DNA of 54,719 nt from Victivallales bacterium. Lineage in GTDB: Bacteria > Verrucomicrobiota > Lentisphaeria > Victivallales > UBA1829. The notes under the pieces were generated by a model that had not been told where the DNA came from, searched no databases, and saw nothing but the letters and a program-made list of their open reading frames with translations. The number at the start of each line of letters is the position of its first letter. Position 1 is the first letter of the stretch. Position numbers and translations under genes: made by a program. Positions 54,104-54,719 of the stretch are shown one piece after another. The DNA lies in contig JBGUKB010000047.1 in assembly GCA_045114235.1 (NCBI GenBank), forward strand, positions 1 through 54,719. Reading direction: 5' to 3'.

Positions 54104-54149
54104 AAAAGGCCGGCCCCCGAAGCCGTGAAAAGCTCCGGGGGCTGGTTTT
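54104..54149 (+). terminator. Probable (bidirectional) intrinsic terminator
   Basis: aaaa-gg-ccggccccc...gggggctgg-tttt. Confidence 0.6.
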
Positions 54150-54719
54150 ATGATGCGCAGAGGGCGCTTGGAACTTGATCTGCCAGGGATAGACATCAAA
54201 CCTGCGCCCCCGGACGCAAAGCATCCAAATAAAACAAACTTTTCTGCAAGTTTTTTTAATATAGTTTCTGCAAGTAGTTTCAAGATTGTTTCACTTTCAT
54301 TATTCTGCATGGAGGCGTTCATATTGTAGTGCGCGTCCCGCGGTCACCAAAGATCCCTTTCTTCAAAATGCTTTGTCGTTCGCGCCTCACGGCAAACGAA
54401 TCCAATCGAACTTGCAGAAGCAAGTTCACCGAGGCGGCGCAGCCGCCCCCAGCGAAGCGGCCTTTTTTTTACTAAGAAAAACAATCTGGTTTCAAAAAAC
54501 TTAATCAACTCTTTATTAGCGTTTCGCATTTATATGAAGCAATTGCGCGGCTTCATTATCCGCAAAAACATATTTGCCAATATCTTTTTGTGCCTGAGAG
54601 AAACTTTTCTCATCTGTTTCAGGATACTTTTTATGTAACCGCCCAGCCTGGTACATCTTGAAGACGGGATGATCACGTGTTATATTGGTCTCATTTCGAC
54701 CTCAACGGAAAATCGGAAG

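Noticed and set aside
54195-54240. CAAACC...GGACGCAAAGC resembling a c-di-GMP-I riboswitch core
   Set aside because: No GNRA-capped P2 stem, no P3 receptor and no downstream gene; an Infernal RF01051 search would settle it.
54519-54700. Minus-strand open stretch (…MYQAGRLHKKYPETDEK…NAKR)
   Set aside because: Short, bounded upstream by an in-frame stop and without a recognisable family; cannot be supported as a gene.

Overview
GC-rich bacterial chromosomal segment, probably from a Lentisphaeria/Victivallales-like PVC bacterium. That assignment is inferred from the DUF1559-like pilin-type gene, the AIDA/FG-GAP surface protein and the PLP-CTERM-like tails. No CRISPR array, IS element or prophage is visible. 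Left part: cysK/Rrf2, an ECF sigma-ZAS anti-sigma-Gly/Phe/Met-rich secreted protein module, a TilS-NUDIX fusion, trx, pdxB, guaB, purD, a VUT(YhhQ)-like-domain histidine kinase, mcsA with a degenerate mcsB, RNase P RNA, GT4, rdgB, rex, tRNA-Cys and a MEMO-AMMECR1 fusion. Middle: a duplicated cassette of surface proteins with a G-x-P-L-P/TM/basic C-terminal signal paired with ~770-aa TPR proteins, then znuACB, a wzm/wzt/methyltransferase-GT glycan locus and a 1482-aa repeat surface protein. Right part: GH97, nucleotide-sugar genes (DegT-type, ugd, plant-type glucuronokinase, UDP-GlcA 4-epimerase), tRNA-Glu and a secreted-protein gene with no canonical start codon. The strongest novelty candidates are the PLP-CTERM/TPR cassette, the VUT-domain sensor kinase, the McsB pseudokinase and the bacterial glucuronokinase. 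All family calls come from motif recognition by eye; no searches were run.
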